Assembly: GCA_963848135.1 (NCBI GenBank)
Contig: CAWKCK010000002.1
Coordinates: forward strand, 186,001 to 250,000
DNA length: 64,000 nt
Direction of reading: 5' to 3'
DNA from: an uncultured delta proteobacterium
GTDB taxonomy: Bacteria; Desulfobacterota; Desulfobacteria; Desulfobacterales; SG8-13
Shown here: positions 19,549 to 29,053 of the stretch, one piece after another
Layout: each line of letters opens with the position of its first letter
How positions within the stretch are numbered: position 1 is the first letter of the stretch
Notes under the pieces: model-generated
Seen by the model: only the letters and a program-made list of their open reading frames with translations
What the model was told of the DNA's origin: nothing
Database searches by the model: none
Program-made: the position numbers and the translations under genes

Positions 19549-20298
19549 TTAGGATGCATGGTGCCGCAGGCAAGCTAAAAATTCTTTATTGCCTTTAGGC
19601 CCACGAATCGGTGAGGGCATCACGCCGTCGACCGAGAGGGCCAATCGATGAAAATAAGCGGTCAATTCGTCAATAACTTGCTGGTGATGGGTCGGGTTCC
19701 GGACCACACCCCCCTTGCCCACTCGGCCTTTACCGATTTCAAATTGCGGTTTGATCAGTGCCAGGATGATGGTGTCCAGGGTCACAAATTGTAAAATGGC
19801 CGGCAGAACGAGCCGAAGAGAAATGAATGAGACGTCCACTGTAACCAGGTCGACGTGTTCGCCGATGGTTTCGAACGGCATTTGTCGGACATTGGTCCGT
19901 TCAATAACCACGACCCGTGAATTTTGGCGCACTTTCCAGGCCAATTGTCCGTAACCGACATCTACGGCAAATACTTTACGAGCGCCGTGTTGAAGCAGGC
20001 AGTCCGTGAATCCCCCTGTGGATGCCCCGACGTCGAGGCAGACCCGGTCTGTTACGGTAATACCGAACGTCTGAAGACCCGCTTGGAGTTTGAGACCACC
20101 GCGGCTGACATAAGGGGTGTCTTCACCTCGAATAATGATCTCGTCCTCATCGGTGACCAGGCGACCCGGTTTGTCAAATGGTTGCTGATTGACCAGAACT
20201 TTGCCGGCCATTATGAGAGCCTGGGCACGTTGTCGACTCGGGGCCAGGTTCCTTTTCAGAATTTCAATGTCGAGGCGTCTTTTATCAACTTTTGACAT
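19549..20298 (-). CDS. tlyA: TlyA family rRNA 2'-O-methyltransferase
   Basis: S4 domain RLD, YVSRGGLKL, LDVGASTGGFTD, KPQFE, GPKGNKEF. Confidence 0.93.
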   Translation of the reverse strand: MSKVDKRRLDIEILKRNLAPSRQRAQALIMAGKVLVNQQPFDKPGRLVTDEDEIIIRGEDTPYVSRGGLKLQAGLQTFGITVTDRVCLDVGASTGGFTDCLLQHGARKVFAVDVGYGQLAWKVRQNSRVVVIERTNVRQMPFETIGEHVDLVTVDVSFISLRLVLPAILQFVTLDTIILALIKPQFEIGKGRVGKGGVVRNPTHHQQVIDELTAYFHRLALSVDGVMPSPIRGPKGNKEFLACLRHHAS

Positions 20299-20382
20299 GA
20301 ATAACAAACAGTTATGAAGTGTGACCCCGAATGGCTGAAACAAGAAACAGCGGGTTTATAGCTTCTTAATGGGTCGCGCGTG

Positions 20383-22287
20383 TTATCCTGCCCGGCGTTC
20401 GGTTATGCTTCCGATTGTGATCAGTTTCCTCGCCGCCTGGGCAATACCCGGCGCATCTATGCCATATTTGGTGCGCAGGATCTGCTGGGGCCCATGTTCA
20501 ATAAACTGGTCGGGAATTCCGATCCGCTTCAATTTAAATCCGCTAATGCCCTTGTCAGAAAGGTTTTCCAGGACTGCAGACCCAAAACCTCCGGCAAGAA
20601 CATTCTCCTCAATGGTAATGATTCGCGGGATCTTCTCGGCCAGTTCAGCGATCGTATCGATATCCAGCGGTTTGACATAGCGGCAATTGACAACCGTTGC
20701 CTCAATGCTTTCAGATGCCAGAATTCGGCCGGCCTCCCGTGCGACATTCACCGGTTGCCCCAGCGCCAAAATGAGAACATCATTGCCGGTCTCAATAATT
20801 TCGGCTTTGCCGATCGGGATCGGCCGGAGCGGCTCAGACAAGTCGACACCCTCACCACTGCCGCGCGGATAGCGGAACGCAACCGGCCCATCGTGGTTGA
20901 CCGCAGTGACCATCATGTGACGCAACTCGTTCTCATCCTTGGGCGCCATTATTACCATATTTGGCAAGCTTCGCAGAAACGACAGGTCAAACAGTCCGTG
21001 GTGGGTCGGTCCGTCTTCCCCGACGATACCGCCGCGATCGATGGCAAAGATAACGTGATGCGCATCCAGGCAGACATCGTGTAAGATTTGATCATAGGCC
21101 CGCTGCAGGAAGGTGGAATAAATCGCGACCACTGGAATGAAGCCTTCAGTGGACAGGCCGGCCGCGAATGTGACCCCATGCTGTTCAGCAATTCCGACAT
21201 CGTAAAAACGTTCCGGAAAGGCCTCGGAAAACGACGATAGCCCCGTGCCTTCTGGCATTGCCGCCGTAACGGCGACAATCCGTGCATTCTTTTCGGCCAG
21301 TTCCAGAAGGGTCTCCCCAAAAACCTGGGTATAGCTCGGGGGGCCGATTTTAACGTCTTTGCAGGTGCCAGTGTCGACGTCGAAACTGCCACAACCGTGG
21401 AAATAGACGGGATTCTCCTCGGCCGGTGGGTAGCCTTTGCCTTTTCGGGTGGTAACGTGCAGAAGCACGGGTTCTTTTAGGTATTTAATATTGTTTAAGA
21501 TGTTAATAAGGTGATTGAGATTGTGCCCGTTGATCGGGCCAAAGTATTCAAAATTGAAAGCCTCGAACAGCATGCCCGGGGTTACAAACGTCTTGAACGA
21601 TTCCTCAGTGCGTTTGGCAAACTGGTAGACGTCGTCACCGATTCTCGGTAAGCCTTTCAGAAACAGACCAAAGTCCCTGCGAATTTCCTGAAGTTTCTTG
21701 CGGGAAAACGTGCGACTCAGTAGCGAGGATAGTGCGCCGACGTTGCGGTTAATGGACATTTCGTTGTCATTGAGAATGACGATGAGTTGTTTGTCATTGT
21801 GGCTACCGGCCTGATTGAGTGCTTCGAATGCCAAACCGGCAGTTAAGGAGCCGTCACCGATAACCGCAATCACCTTGGAGGATTCTTTTTTAATAGACTT
21901 ACCGCAGGCCATGCCCAAACCGGCTGAAATCGACGTGCTGCTGTGCCCGGTGGAAAACGAATCATATACACTTTCGGTAGTGCGAGTAAATCCTGACAAG
22001 CCTTCATAGCGCCTCAAGGTATGAAACCGATCTCTCCTGCCGGTAATTAATTTGTGAGCGTACGCCTGGTGGCCGACATCCCAAATTATTTTATCCACCG
22101 GTGTGTCGAACACATAATGCAATGCAACGGTCAGTTCGACCGTACCGAGACTCGATGCCAGGTGCCCACCGGAGTGTGAAACTACCTCGACGATAAGTTG
22201 ACGGATCTCCTCGGTCAGCTGTTCAAGCTCGTTTCGCGGCAGACTCCTTATGTCAGAAGGAGTGTTTACATTTTGTAATATTGCCAA
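20383..22287 (-). CDS. dxs: 1-deoxy-D-xylulose-5-phosphate synthase
   Basis: GGHLASSLG, WDVGHQAY, GHSSTSIS, GDGSLT, DVGIAEQH, DGPTHHG. Confidence 0.97.
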   Translation of the reverse strand: MAILQNVNTPSDIRSLPRNELEQLTEEIRQLIVEVVSHSGGHLASSLGTVELTVALHYVFDTPVDKIIWDVGHQAYAHKLITGRRDRFHTLRRYEGLSGFTRTTESVYDSFSTGHSSTSISAGLGMACGKSIKKESSKVIAVIGDGSLTAGLAFEALNQAGSHNDKQLIVILNDNEMSINRNVGALSSLLSRTFSRKKLQEIRRDFGLFLKGLPRIGDDVYQFAKRTEESFKTFVTPGMLFEAFNFEYFGPINGHNLNHLINILNNIKYLKEPVLLHVTTRKGKGYPPAEENPVYFHGCGSFDVDTGTCKDVKIGPPSYTQVFGETLLELAEKNARIVAVTAAMPEGTGLSSFSEAFPERFYDVGIAEQHGVTFAAGLSTEGFIPVVAIYSTFLQRAYDQILHDVCLDAHHVIFAIDRGGIVGEDGPTHHGLFDLSFLRSLPNMVIMAPKDENELRHMMVTAVNHDGPVAFRYPRGSGEGVDLSEPLRPIPIGKAEIIETGNDVLILALGQPVNVAREAGRILASESIEATVVNCRYVKPLDIDTIAELAEKIPRIITIEENVLAGGFGSAVLENLSDKGISGFKLKRIGIPDQFIEHGPQQILRTKYGIDAPGIAQAARKLITIGSITERRAG

Positions 22288-22374
22288 TGTATTATATCCT
22301 ATTATTTAAATAATTATGTTAAGTAAGACCCAGGATCTGCACTACGATTACGAAATGAAATTAATATTGCCGGC

Positions 22375-22631
22375 CGATAATGTAATAGCGTTCAAGGGAT
22401 GCGCTTTATTATCAAAAATGTTAGGGGTCTGCAAGGCCGCAGCGATCTTTGAGCAGGCCAACGTTCAGGATTCCGCCAGGACCGAATAGAGAGCAGGGGA
22501 GGTGCGCTTGTTCCGAACCCTGTCAGTGCCTGTCTCTTTTCTGGGTAATAGACCGGATCCTCTACGATATTGAGAATATCGTCGGTTACCTGAAACGCAG
22601 CAATGAGAACAATGTATTCCGCATATTCAAA
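22375..22631 (-). pseudogene. ispA: decayed 3' fragment of farnesyl diphosphate synthase (ispA)
   Basis: minus strand reads EYAEYIVLIAAFQVTDDILNIVEDP, frameshift, KETGTDRVRNKRTSPAL...ES* ...ALQTPNIFDNKAHPLNAI; sits at the canonical xseB-ispA-dxs position. Confidence 0.8.
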
Positions 22632-22633
22632 CT

Positions 22634-22879
22634 CTAAGCATTGGCTTTAGAGTTATCATCCTGGTTGAACGGTTGGTAGGCAACACCTCCCTGATGATCT
22701 TTCAGTAGGACTTGTATTTTTTGCTCGGTTTCATCCAGTTTTTGGGAACAAAAACGGGTTAATTGAATCCCTTCTTCAAATTTGCTCATCGCCTTTTCCA
22801 GAGGCAATTCACCGGATTCCAGATCCTGAATGATTTTTTCCAACTGCTGCATGGCCTGTTCAAATGATTTTTTTGCCAT
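22634..22879 (-). CDS. xseB: exodeoxyribonuclease VII small subunit
   Basis: SFEQAMQQLEKIIQDLESGELPLE...FEEG. Confidence 0.95.
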   Translation of the reverse strand: MAKKSFEQAMQQLEKIIQDLESGELPLEKAMSKFEEGIQLTRFCSQKLDETEQKIQVLLKDHQGGVAYQPFNQDDNSKANA

Positions 22880-24224
22880 TCTTGAACCTTTCTTTTACAT
22901 CAGAGCGTATCGATCCCTTAGATAGGATGATTTCCAGTTTTTGATCGACTGAAACGGCAACAGCGTCTCTGACAATGTCCAAATCGGGCAGAGTACGGGT
23001 AATGCTGTATCCACGCGACAAAATAGCTGTGGGATTGAACCCATTAAGTTTCGCAACACATTCTCGCCATCGGGTTCGCTTTTCTGAAATTACCGCTTGA
23101 GACAGCTTATTGAGGTTATCGGCCATTTGTTCAAGCTTTTCTCTAAATTTATCGACAGAATGCCCGGGGGAATTATATATTAGCTTTTCTTGTCGCCACC
23201 CGAATTGGTCTTGGCACCCGCGAAGCACACTCGTCACAGCGCGATACAGCCGACCGCTGTAATCGTCCAGTTTGAGCCTATGATCAACGATCTTTTTTCT
23301 GGGGTCAACGAGTCGGGCGGTGTAATTGTCTATAGTTAGGCGATATTCTCTAATGTTACGCTGAAGATATTCAAACATAACTAATAGATATCTTTTTAAA
23401 ACTCTGTGTATATCTTTTGCAACGGGAACCACGAGTTCTGCCGCAGCCGAAGGCGTTGGTGCCCTTACGTCGGCGACAAAATCTGCAATTGTAAAATCGG
23501 TTTCATGTCCGATGGCAGAAATAACCGGGATATCGGAGGAGAAAATCGCCCGGGCCACATCCTCCGCATTGAATGCTTGCAGGTCTTCCAGCGACCCACC
23601 GCCGCGGGCGAGAATAATGACATCGACTCTATTGATTTCATTGCATAATTGGACGGCAGAAACGATGTCTGCGACAGCACCGTCACCTTGAACCTTGACT
23701 GGCAGAATGTCTATGGATCGACCCGGGCAACGGCGCTGGATGATGTGAAGCATGTCATGCACGACCGCACCGGTCGGCGATGTGATCAGACCAATGGCAT
23801 CTGGCAGAAAGGGCAGTGATTTTTTATATTCGTTGTCAAACAGGCCTTCTGTTGCCAGGCGGTTTTTGAGTTGCTCGAAAGCGACCTGAAGCGCACCGAC
23901 ACCTTTGGGTTCCAGATATTCCATGATAATCTGGTATGAACCCCGGGGTTCATATAAGCTGATTCGGCCAAGTCCGGTCACCGACATACCGTCTTCAGGG
24001 AAAAATTTTAAGTTTTTATTCTGCCCCTTGAACATCACTGCTTGAATTTGAGAATTTTCATCTTTGAGAGTGAAATAATAATGTCGGGAAGACGGCATCC
24101 GGAAATTGGATATTTCACCGCTCAACCATATGAAAGGGAAATTCTGCTCGAGAAGGGTCTTTATCTTGCTCGTCAACTCGGAAACCGAGTAAATATGTGC
24201 GGGACCCTGGGATGCTGTGACCAT
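22860..24224 (-). CDS. xseA: exodeoxyribonuclease VII large subunit
   Basis: GEISN, HYYFTLKD, ITSPTGAV, RGGGSLEDL, GHETDFT, TPSAAAE. Confidence 0.97.
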   Translation of the reverse strand: MVTASQGPAHIYSVSELTSKIKTLLEQNFPFIWLSGEISNFRMPSSRHYYFTLKDENSQIQAVMFKGQNKNLKFFPEDGMSVTGLGRISLYEPRGSYQIIMEYLEPKGVGALQVAFEQLKNRLATEGLFDNEYKKSLPFLPDAIGLITSPTGAVVHDMLHIIQRRCPGRSIDILPVKVQGDGAVADIVSAVQLCNEINRVDVIILARGGGSLEDLQAFNAEDVARAIFSSDIPVISAIGHETDFTIADFVADVRAPTPSAAAELVVPVAKDIHRVLKRYLLVMFEYLQRNIREYRLTIDNYTARLVDPRKKIVDHRLKLDDYSGRLYRAVTSVLRGCQDQFGWRQEKLIYNSPGHSVDKFREKLEQMADNLNKLSQAVISEKRTRWRECVAKLNGFNPTAILSRGYSITRTLPDLDIVRDAVAVSVDQKLEIILSKGSIRSDVKERFKNGKKII

Positions 24225-24352
24225 TTGACTTATTTCGTAAGGCTGGTGTGTCGTATGCAGCGTTAATTCTCGACTTAGACGGTGGGGTTCGCTCTTTACG
24301 CCCGCCCTTTCTATTAATTATCAACGTCTGATAAGATATATTATGTAAACTA

Positions 24353-24658
24353 TTAAGAAGGGCCGGAAGAAGGCCGTTCGACAGGGTCGATTTTTTCGGC
24401 ATGACGGTTCAACACTTCCCTCACCGCCGGCACCACGTATATTTTCTCATGATCCATCTGGCCCAAACATTCGGCAAGAATTTTTGCTTTCTTATGTAGT
24501 GGTTTGTGTTTGTCCATAATAAACACATACTCGCCCTTGACCTTACAAAGACCGCTTTTGACCTTGATTCCGGTGAGGCGCAGGTTTTGCTCCGACACGC
24601 TGACCTGAAGTTTTTCGGCCAATTCCAATAGTTCTTGGTACAAGTCTTCGGGTTTCAT
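24353..24658 (-). CDS. conserved hypothetical protein
   Basis: 101 aa, SGLCKVKGE...IYVVPAVRE; co-oriented upstream of xseA. Confidence 0.7.
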   Translation of the reverse strand: MKPEDLYQELLELAEKLQVSVSEQNLRLTGIKVKSGLCKVKGEYVFIMDKHKPLHKKAKILAECLGQMDHEKIYVVPAVREVLNRHAEKIDPVERPSSGPS

Positions 24659-24712
24659 AATAAATTTAAAAAATTTTATGTATGTTAGGTATAGATATTA
24701 GAGCAAATATAG

Positions 24713-24740
24713 TTGAAATTATGCTTATTGATGTTATATT
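24713..24740 (+). promoter_or_regulatory. putative sigma70 promoter (extended -10) for yccA
   Basis: TTGAAA-N16-TATATT with TGn before the -10. Confidence 0.35.
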
Positions 24741-24848
24741 ACAAGGGAAAAAAGTGCGCATAAAAACAATAGTGAATGATGCAGTGACAGAAAAGTTTAT
24801 CACTTCCTGCAACTGTATATCAGACAACGATTATTATGGGAGGTTTCT

Positions 24849-25556
24849 ATGGATTCGGTACCGCTTCGGCAACCACAAGCTCAAACTCAAGTTGCCGTTA
24901 ACTCGTTCATTCGCAGCGTTTACAATTGGATGGCTATTGGGCTCGGCCTAACTGGTTTTGTTGCCTATTATGTGGCTAACAGTCCTTCATTACTCAATAT
25001 AATCTTCGGCAACCAGATCGTTTTCTGGGGTCTGATTATCGGTGAACTGGCGCTCGTTTTTACGCTCAGCGCCAGAGTTGCAAAAATGCAGGCATCCACC
25101 GCAACCGCCCTATTCGTCCTCTATGCTGTGCTAAACGGTGCTACGCTCTCGGTCATTTTTCTGGCGTATACGAAATCTTCGATCGCCTCAACCTTTTTTG
25201 TCTGTGCTGGGACGTTTGTTTCCGCCAGCATCTACGGTTGGGTCACCAAGAAAGACCTGACGTCGTTCGGCAGCTTTCTGTTCATGGGACTGATTGGTAT
25301 CATCATCGCATCGGTGGTTAACATCTTTCTGAAAAGCTCCGGAATGGCAATGATTATCAGCTATATCGGGGTGTTTCTTTTTATCGGCCTGACCGTATAC
25401 GATACCCAGCGCCTTAAAAATATGGCCCTGACGCAACCGGTCGACGCCGATGGAGCGGTTGTGCGGAAAGGCGCTATTTTAGGCGCCCTCTCCCTCTATC
25501 TCGATTTTATCAACCTGTTCCTGATGCTGCTGCGGCTTATGGGGAACCGGAATTAA
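24849..25556 (+). CDS. Bax inhibitor-1/YccA family membrane protein
   Basis: 7 TM helices, YDTQRLK, GALSLYLDFINLFL; SD GGGAGG. Confidence 0.93.
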   Translation: MDSVPLRQPQAQTQVAVNSFIRSVYNWMAIGLGLTGFVAYYVANSPSLLNIIFGNQIVFWGLIIGELALVFTLSARVAKMQASTATALFVLYAVLNGATLSVIFLAYTKSSIASTFFVCAGTFVSASIYGWVTKKDLTSFGSFLFMGLIGIIIASVVNIFLKSSGMAMIISYIGVFLFIGLTVYDTQRLKNMALTQPVDADGAVVRKGAILGALSLYLDFINLFLMLLRLMGNRN

Positions 25557-25588
25557 TTTCGCCCGGGCTTTAAATAGTTAAAACCTAA

Positions 25589-25622
25589 AACAGTAAAGGC
25601 GGGGTAACCCGCCTTTACTGTT
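25589..25622. terminator. bidirectional terminator hairpin
   Basis: AACAGTAAAGGCGGG-gtaa-CCCGCCTTTACTGTT perfect 15-bp stem. Confidence 0.8.
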
Positions 25623-25688
25623 AGATCACGCCGTTCAGCGTCCAATGTATAAGCTCCAGAACTTGAGGATCGATTTAAGCTATTGATC

Positions 25689-25950
25689 CTATGTTATCCT
25701 TTTACCGCAAATTCCAGAATCAATAGCAGGTGAGTTTTTGGTAAGGTGATAATCTGCATCGAAACCCGGCGATACAAACATAGGGTCATCTGATCGGTTA
25801 CCGCCCCAATTTCGATTAATTTTATTGCTGATTAACTCAACGTTCGCCTTGCTGGGTTTAGGTCTGTTGTAGTCCCCGTTTTCAACTGAAATTGCACCAT
25901 TTGGAATCGTCCAAGGATTATAATTCTCATAAAGATGCCTAAATTTCCTC
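25689..25950 (-). pseudogene. start-less fragment of a secreted protein with a choice-of-anchor-Q-like motif
   Basis: open frame ...NWGGNRSDDPMFVSPGFDADYHLTKNSPAIDSGICG*; SD-like AAGGAGG at ~25947-25953 with no in-frame start. Confidence 0.55.
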
Positions 25951-26119
25951 CTTCATTAGTTCCCAGATTTGCGTACACCGCACCCCCACCTCATTTTGAC
26001 CTACAATATGCATGCTAATCCAGATTCGAACCTGACGCCGATCTGGTCGAGATGGTGTTCGTCGCTGACAAAATCCAATTCAAATACCTGCAAGAAACCA
26101 CCTGAAGCATCCCCCCATC

Positions 26120-27322
26120 CTAATCGTCCAGCAGCAGCGGCAAGGCTGGCTGTATGTTACCCTTTTCGGTTTTTCCGAAAAGGTTCACGACCTTCAAGAC
26201 GCCGTCCTTCGTAAAGGCTGCAACCGGCTGTCCCTGATACAGGGCGAGATCCTGAAAAGCGTAATTCGATGCGTTGCCGGAACCAATGGGTACCGAATAG
26301 GCCACCCAATCCGAACCCCTGAATTCGTAGACCACGATTCGATATTGATCTCCACCACGCACTTCGTAGCCGACGAACAGTTTGGACCCCGATGCCACAG
26401 CGCGCAGCCGTCCGAAGGAAAGGCCCGGTCCGGCCGTGTCGGTGCCGATGTTCGCCCAAGCGGATCCGTTCCACTGGGCAACCCACAGGGTCTGTCCAGC
26501 ATCCGCCTTGTAAGCCACCACCGGATTACCCTGGTATAGGACGATATCCGTCTGAGAGGGTTGGTCCCCGGCGTAGAAACAGTCGCCAATGAAGTCACCT
26601 TGTGTTTGGGTTTTTTTTTCCAAGTTTACACAGCCTTCACCGGAATCGGTTGGAACAAAGGAGGATACGTATGCTGAATAGAATGCGTCACTGTCTCCGG
26701 CCAGAGATATCGAGGACACGTCCGATGGTATTCCAGCGCCGAAAAATCGGTAGGTTCCGCCCAGTTCAGGCAGGCCGTCACACCCGTATAGGCACAGGAT
26801 GTATACTTTTGTTGGGCCACCGCTACCGATGCTGGCGAAAGTGATGTATGGGACATTAAAGGCGAAGGCTACCCGCGGCGAATTGATGCTGTAAAACGTC
26901 GCTTCGGTGCCAGGCTGCCAGGTCCCGCTGTAATTGGAATGATGTTTCGCCTTGGTGGAACCGTATCTATCATCGCGGTGGGAGGCGACGATGACGTTCT
27001 CTCGGACAGCCACATCGCAATCGGAGCAGTAATTGGTTCCATAGCCGGCGTTTTCCCATAAATCCACCCACATCTGCCCGTTCCACTCTTTGAGACCACC
27101 GTATTTCATGCTGGGCTTCCAGGGATCTTTTTCCGGATCCAAAAAACAATAGAACGTGATCAGCCGTTTGCCGTCACTGGCAAGGCTGGCCTCGGTGACC
27201 GTTTTGGATTCCGGGTTCGGATAATACTGGCTCCCGGCGGTGGCAAAATCAGGCAAAATAGAAATAAGGATTAGAAATACAGAAAAAAAGTTAAGGGATT
27301 TTTGAAAGGATGGGCGTTTCAA
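26120..27322 (-). CDS. secreted beta-propeller-like protein with Leu-rich C-terminal tail
   Basis: SD GGGAGG + TTG at 27322, signal peptide ...ATA-G, repeats LYQGxPVxA / WNGxxW, ends QPALPLLLDD. Confidence 0.75.
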   Translation of the reverse strand: MKRPSFQKSLNFFSVFLILISILPDFATAGSQYYPNPESKTVTEASLASDGKRLITFYCFLDPEKDPWKPSMKYGGLKEWNGQMWVDLWENAGYGTNYCSDCDVAVRENVIVASHRDDRYGSTKAKHHSNYSGTWQPGTEATFYSINSPRVAFAFNVPYITFASIGSGGPTKVYILCLYGCDGLPELGGTYRFFGAGIPSDVSSISLAGDSDAFYSAYVSSFVPTDSGEGCVNLEKKTQTQGDFIGDCFYAGDQPSQTDIVLYQGNPVVAYKADAGQTLWVAQWNGSAWANIGTDTAGPGLSFGRLRAVASGSKLFVGYEVRGGDQYRIVVYEFRGSDWVAYSVPIGSGNASNYAFQDLALYQGQPVAAFTKDGVLKVVNLFGKTEKGNIQPALPLLLDD

Positions 27323-27587
27323 TTGTATCCTCCCTTCGTCGCAAAGGATCGTGCAATCAGATCGCATCTATCAGATCAGGAGGTCGTCGGTCCTGATACT
27401 CAAACAGAAGGCGATCAGCTATTCGAGTAAGGGCATGTTGAAGTGTATCAAGAGCGGCCGTGTCCGACCGATTTAGCGCAAGCGAGATTAGAGCGTAACG
27501 ATCCGGGCAACTGGCTCCATTTCGCTTGAAAAAGAAGTTCGAACTTTTAATGGAAACGAATAGCGAGAGAATACAGCCTGTTTGACA

Positions 27588-27602
27588 GCAACATTTATGC
27601 CA
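27588..27602 (-). promoter_or_regulatory. sigma54 (-24/-12) promoter
   Basis: minus strand TGGCAT-AAATG-TTGC matches TGGCAY-N5-TTGC; TGT-N10-ACA at 27688-27703. Confidence 0.7.
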
Positions 27603-27811
27603 TTTTTTTCTCTTATTGAATGTCTATAGTATTACAATATTTTCGATAGGCTATGAGAAAAGAGGTGTTTTCGAGTCTCATATTCTATGTTATTTATTTC
27701 ACAAATTTAGATAAACGGATTCCAGAATCCTATCGACACATTGTTTCTTGCTAATCCAGCCACTGCCTCGGTGTTGCGAGTATTCGATGCCATTGCAGTT
27801 GAGTAAATGAC

Positions 27812-27846
27812 AAAAAAACCCCGCTTGAAAAGCGGGGTTTTTTTTT
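27812..27846. terminator. rho-independent terminator at the end of the GT cluster
   Basis: A7-CCCCGCTT-gaa-AAGCGGGG-T9. Confidence 0.88.
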
Positions 27847-27925
27847 GAAATACCTTCATATTGGTTTCCAAATGAGTAAATATATATTTTAGAATGGTCT
27901 TTGAATAACCTGCTAATTATTTTAT

Positions 27926-28894
27926 TTAGTTGGCCAAATCCTTTGTAAAAAAATGTTCAACACACGACCGGTAAAGCCAGGTTTGGGCGGCTTCATCGGC
28001 ATTATCAGATTCCTGATTGTTTCGGAAATTAAACACAGCTCTCCTCAGAGCCTGAATAATAAGAATTCCCATAAAACGTAAAGAAATAGCGGCATAAATC
28101 GGAGGTAGAAGGAAAATTCGATAGCGACCGATGTGTTTGTTGAAATAGAGCATAGCGCTTTTGTGAAATTCGAAAACAGAGCGCAAAATTTTCGACTCGC
28201 TGCTTCCTCCCACATGGTGCATAATTTTAACGCTTGGCCAATACGTAACCTTCCATCCCCTGCCCCACATTCGTTTACACAAATCGACGTCTTCCCAGTA
28301 AAGGAAAAAACGTTCGTCTAACATACCGGTTTGGTTGAGAGCCTCCCGGCGAATAACCATGCAGGCTCCCGAAACCCAATCGACATTGATGGGCAGCTCC
28401 CTGTAATCTTCTTGAGTCAAAATATTCGCGCGAGTGAGTCGACTTTTTGGAAAAAACCTGGTTAATAGAGATCTACGGCCAAAAAGGATCGAGTGCATCT
28501 TGGGGAAGGACCGGGCTGATCCCTGGACACATCCATTCGGATCTGAAACACCTGATCCGAGAATTCCAACTTTGGGATTGGAATCCATGAATTCAGCAAT
28601 GGATTCGAAAAACCTGTCCGAAATCACAATTGTATCGGGGTTGAGTAAAACGACATATTTCGAGCGAGTTGCCGATAAAATTTTATTAATCGCTCTGGAA
28701 TACCCTATATTTTTCTTGTTAGGGACAACATGGACTTTCGGATAAGTTCTATTAATATATTCAACAGGTTCCTCTGAACCGTTATCAAATACATAGACAT
28801 TTGGTGTCAATCCATCGCATGAACAATTGATTGATGCCAAGCAATCGTGCAAGAACTCGGTGCTATTATAATTAACAATGATCAGATCAATCAT
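27926..28894 (-). CDS. glycosyltransferase family 2 (WbbL/rhamnosyltransferase-like)
   Basis: IIVNYN, DNGS, LLNPD, WVSGACM, FFLYWEDVDLC. Confidence 0.9.
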   Translation of the reverse strand: MIDLIIVNYNSTEFLHDCLASINCSCDGLTPNVYVFDNGSEEPVEYINRTYPKVHVVPNKKNIGYSRAINKILSATRSKYVVLLNPDTIVISDRFFESIAEFMDSNPKVGILGSGVSDPNGCVQGSARSFPKMHSILFGRRSLLTRFFPKSRLTRANILTQEDYRELPINVDWVSGACMVIRREALNQTGMLDERFFLYWEDVDLCKRMWGRGWKVTYWPSVKIMHHVGGSSESKILRSVFEFHKSAMLYFNKHIGRYRIFLLPPIYAAISLRFMGILIIQALRRAVFNFRNNQESDNADEAAQTWLYRSCVEHFFTKDLAN

Positions 28895-29053
28895 TGTGCT
28901 TCAAGCCTTTCACTGCGTCATCAGTAACCGAGGACGGAAACAAAATAACCAATAGAATAACTTATGATGCTCTAAGTAGACCAACTAACTATTAAAATCA
29001 ATAATTAAAAGTATATTCCCCGGTTTGTTGTGCGGGTTTAGTTCTGAGAGATT

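Noticed and set aside
27323..27587. Long leader as a possible c-di-GMP or other riboswitch
   Set aside because: No GEMM (GCAAAC..GAAA..GACGCAAA) or other recognisable aptamer consensus by eye; an Infernal/Rfam scan would be needed.
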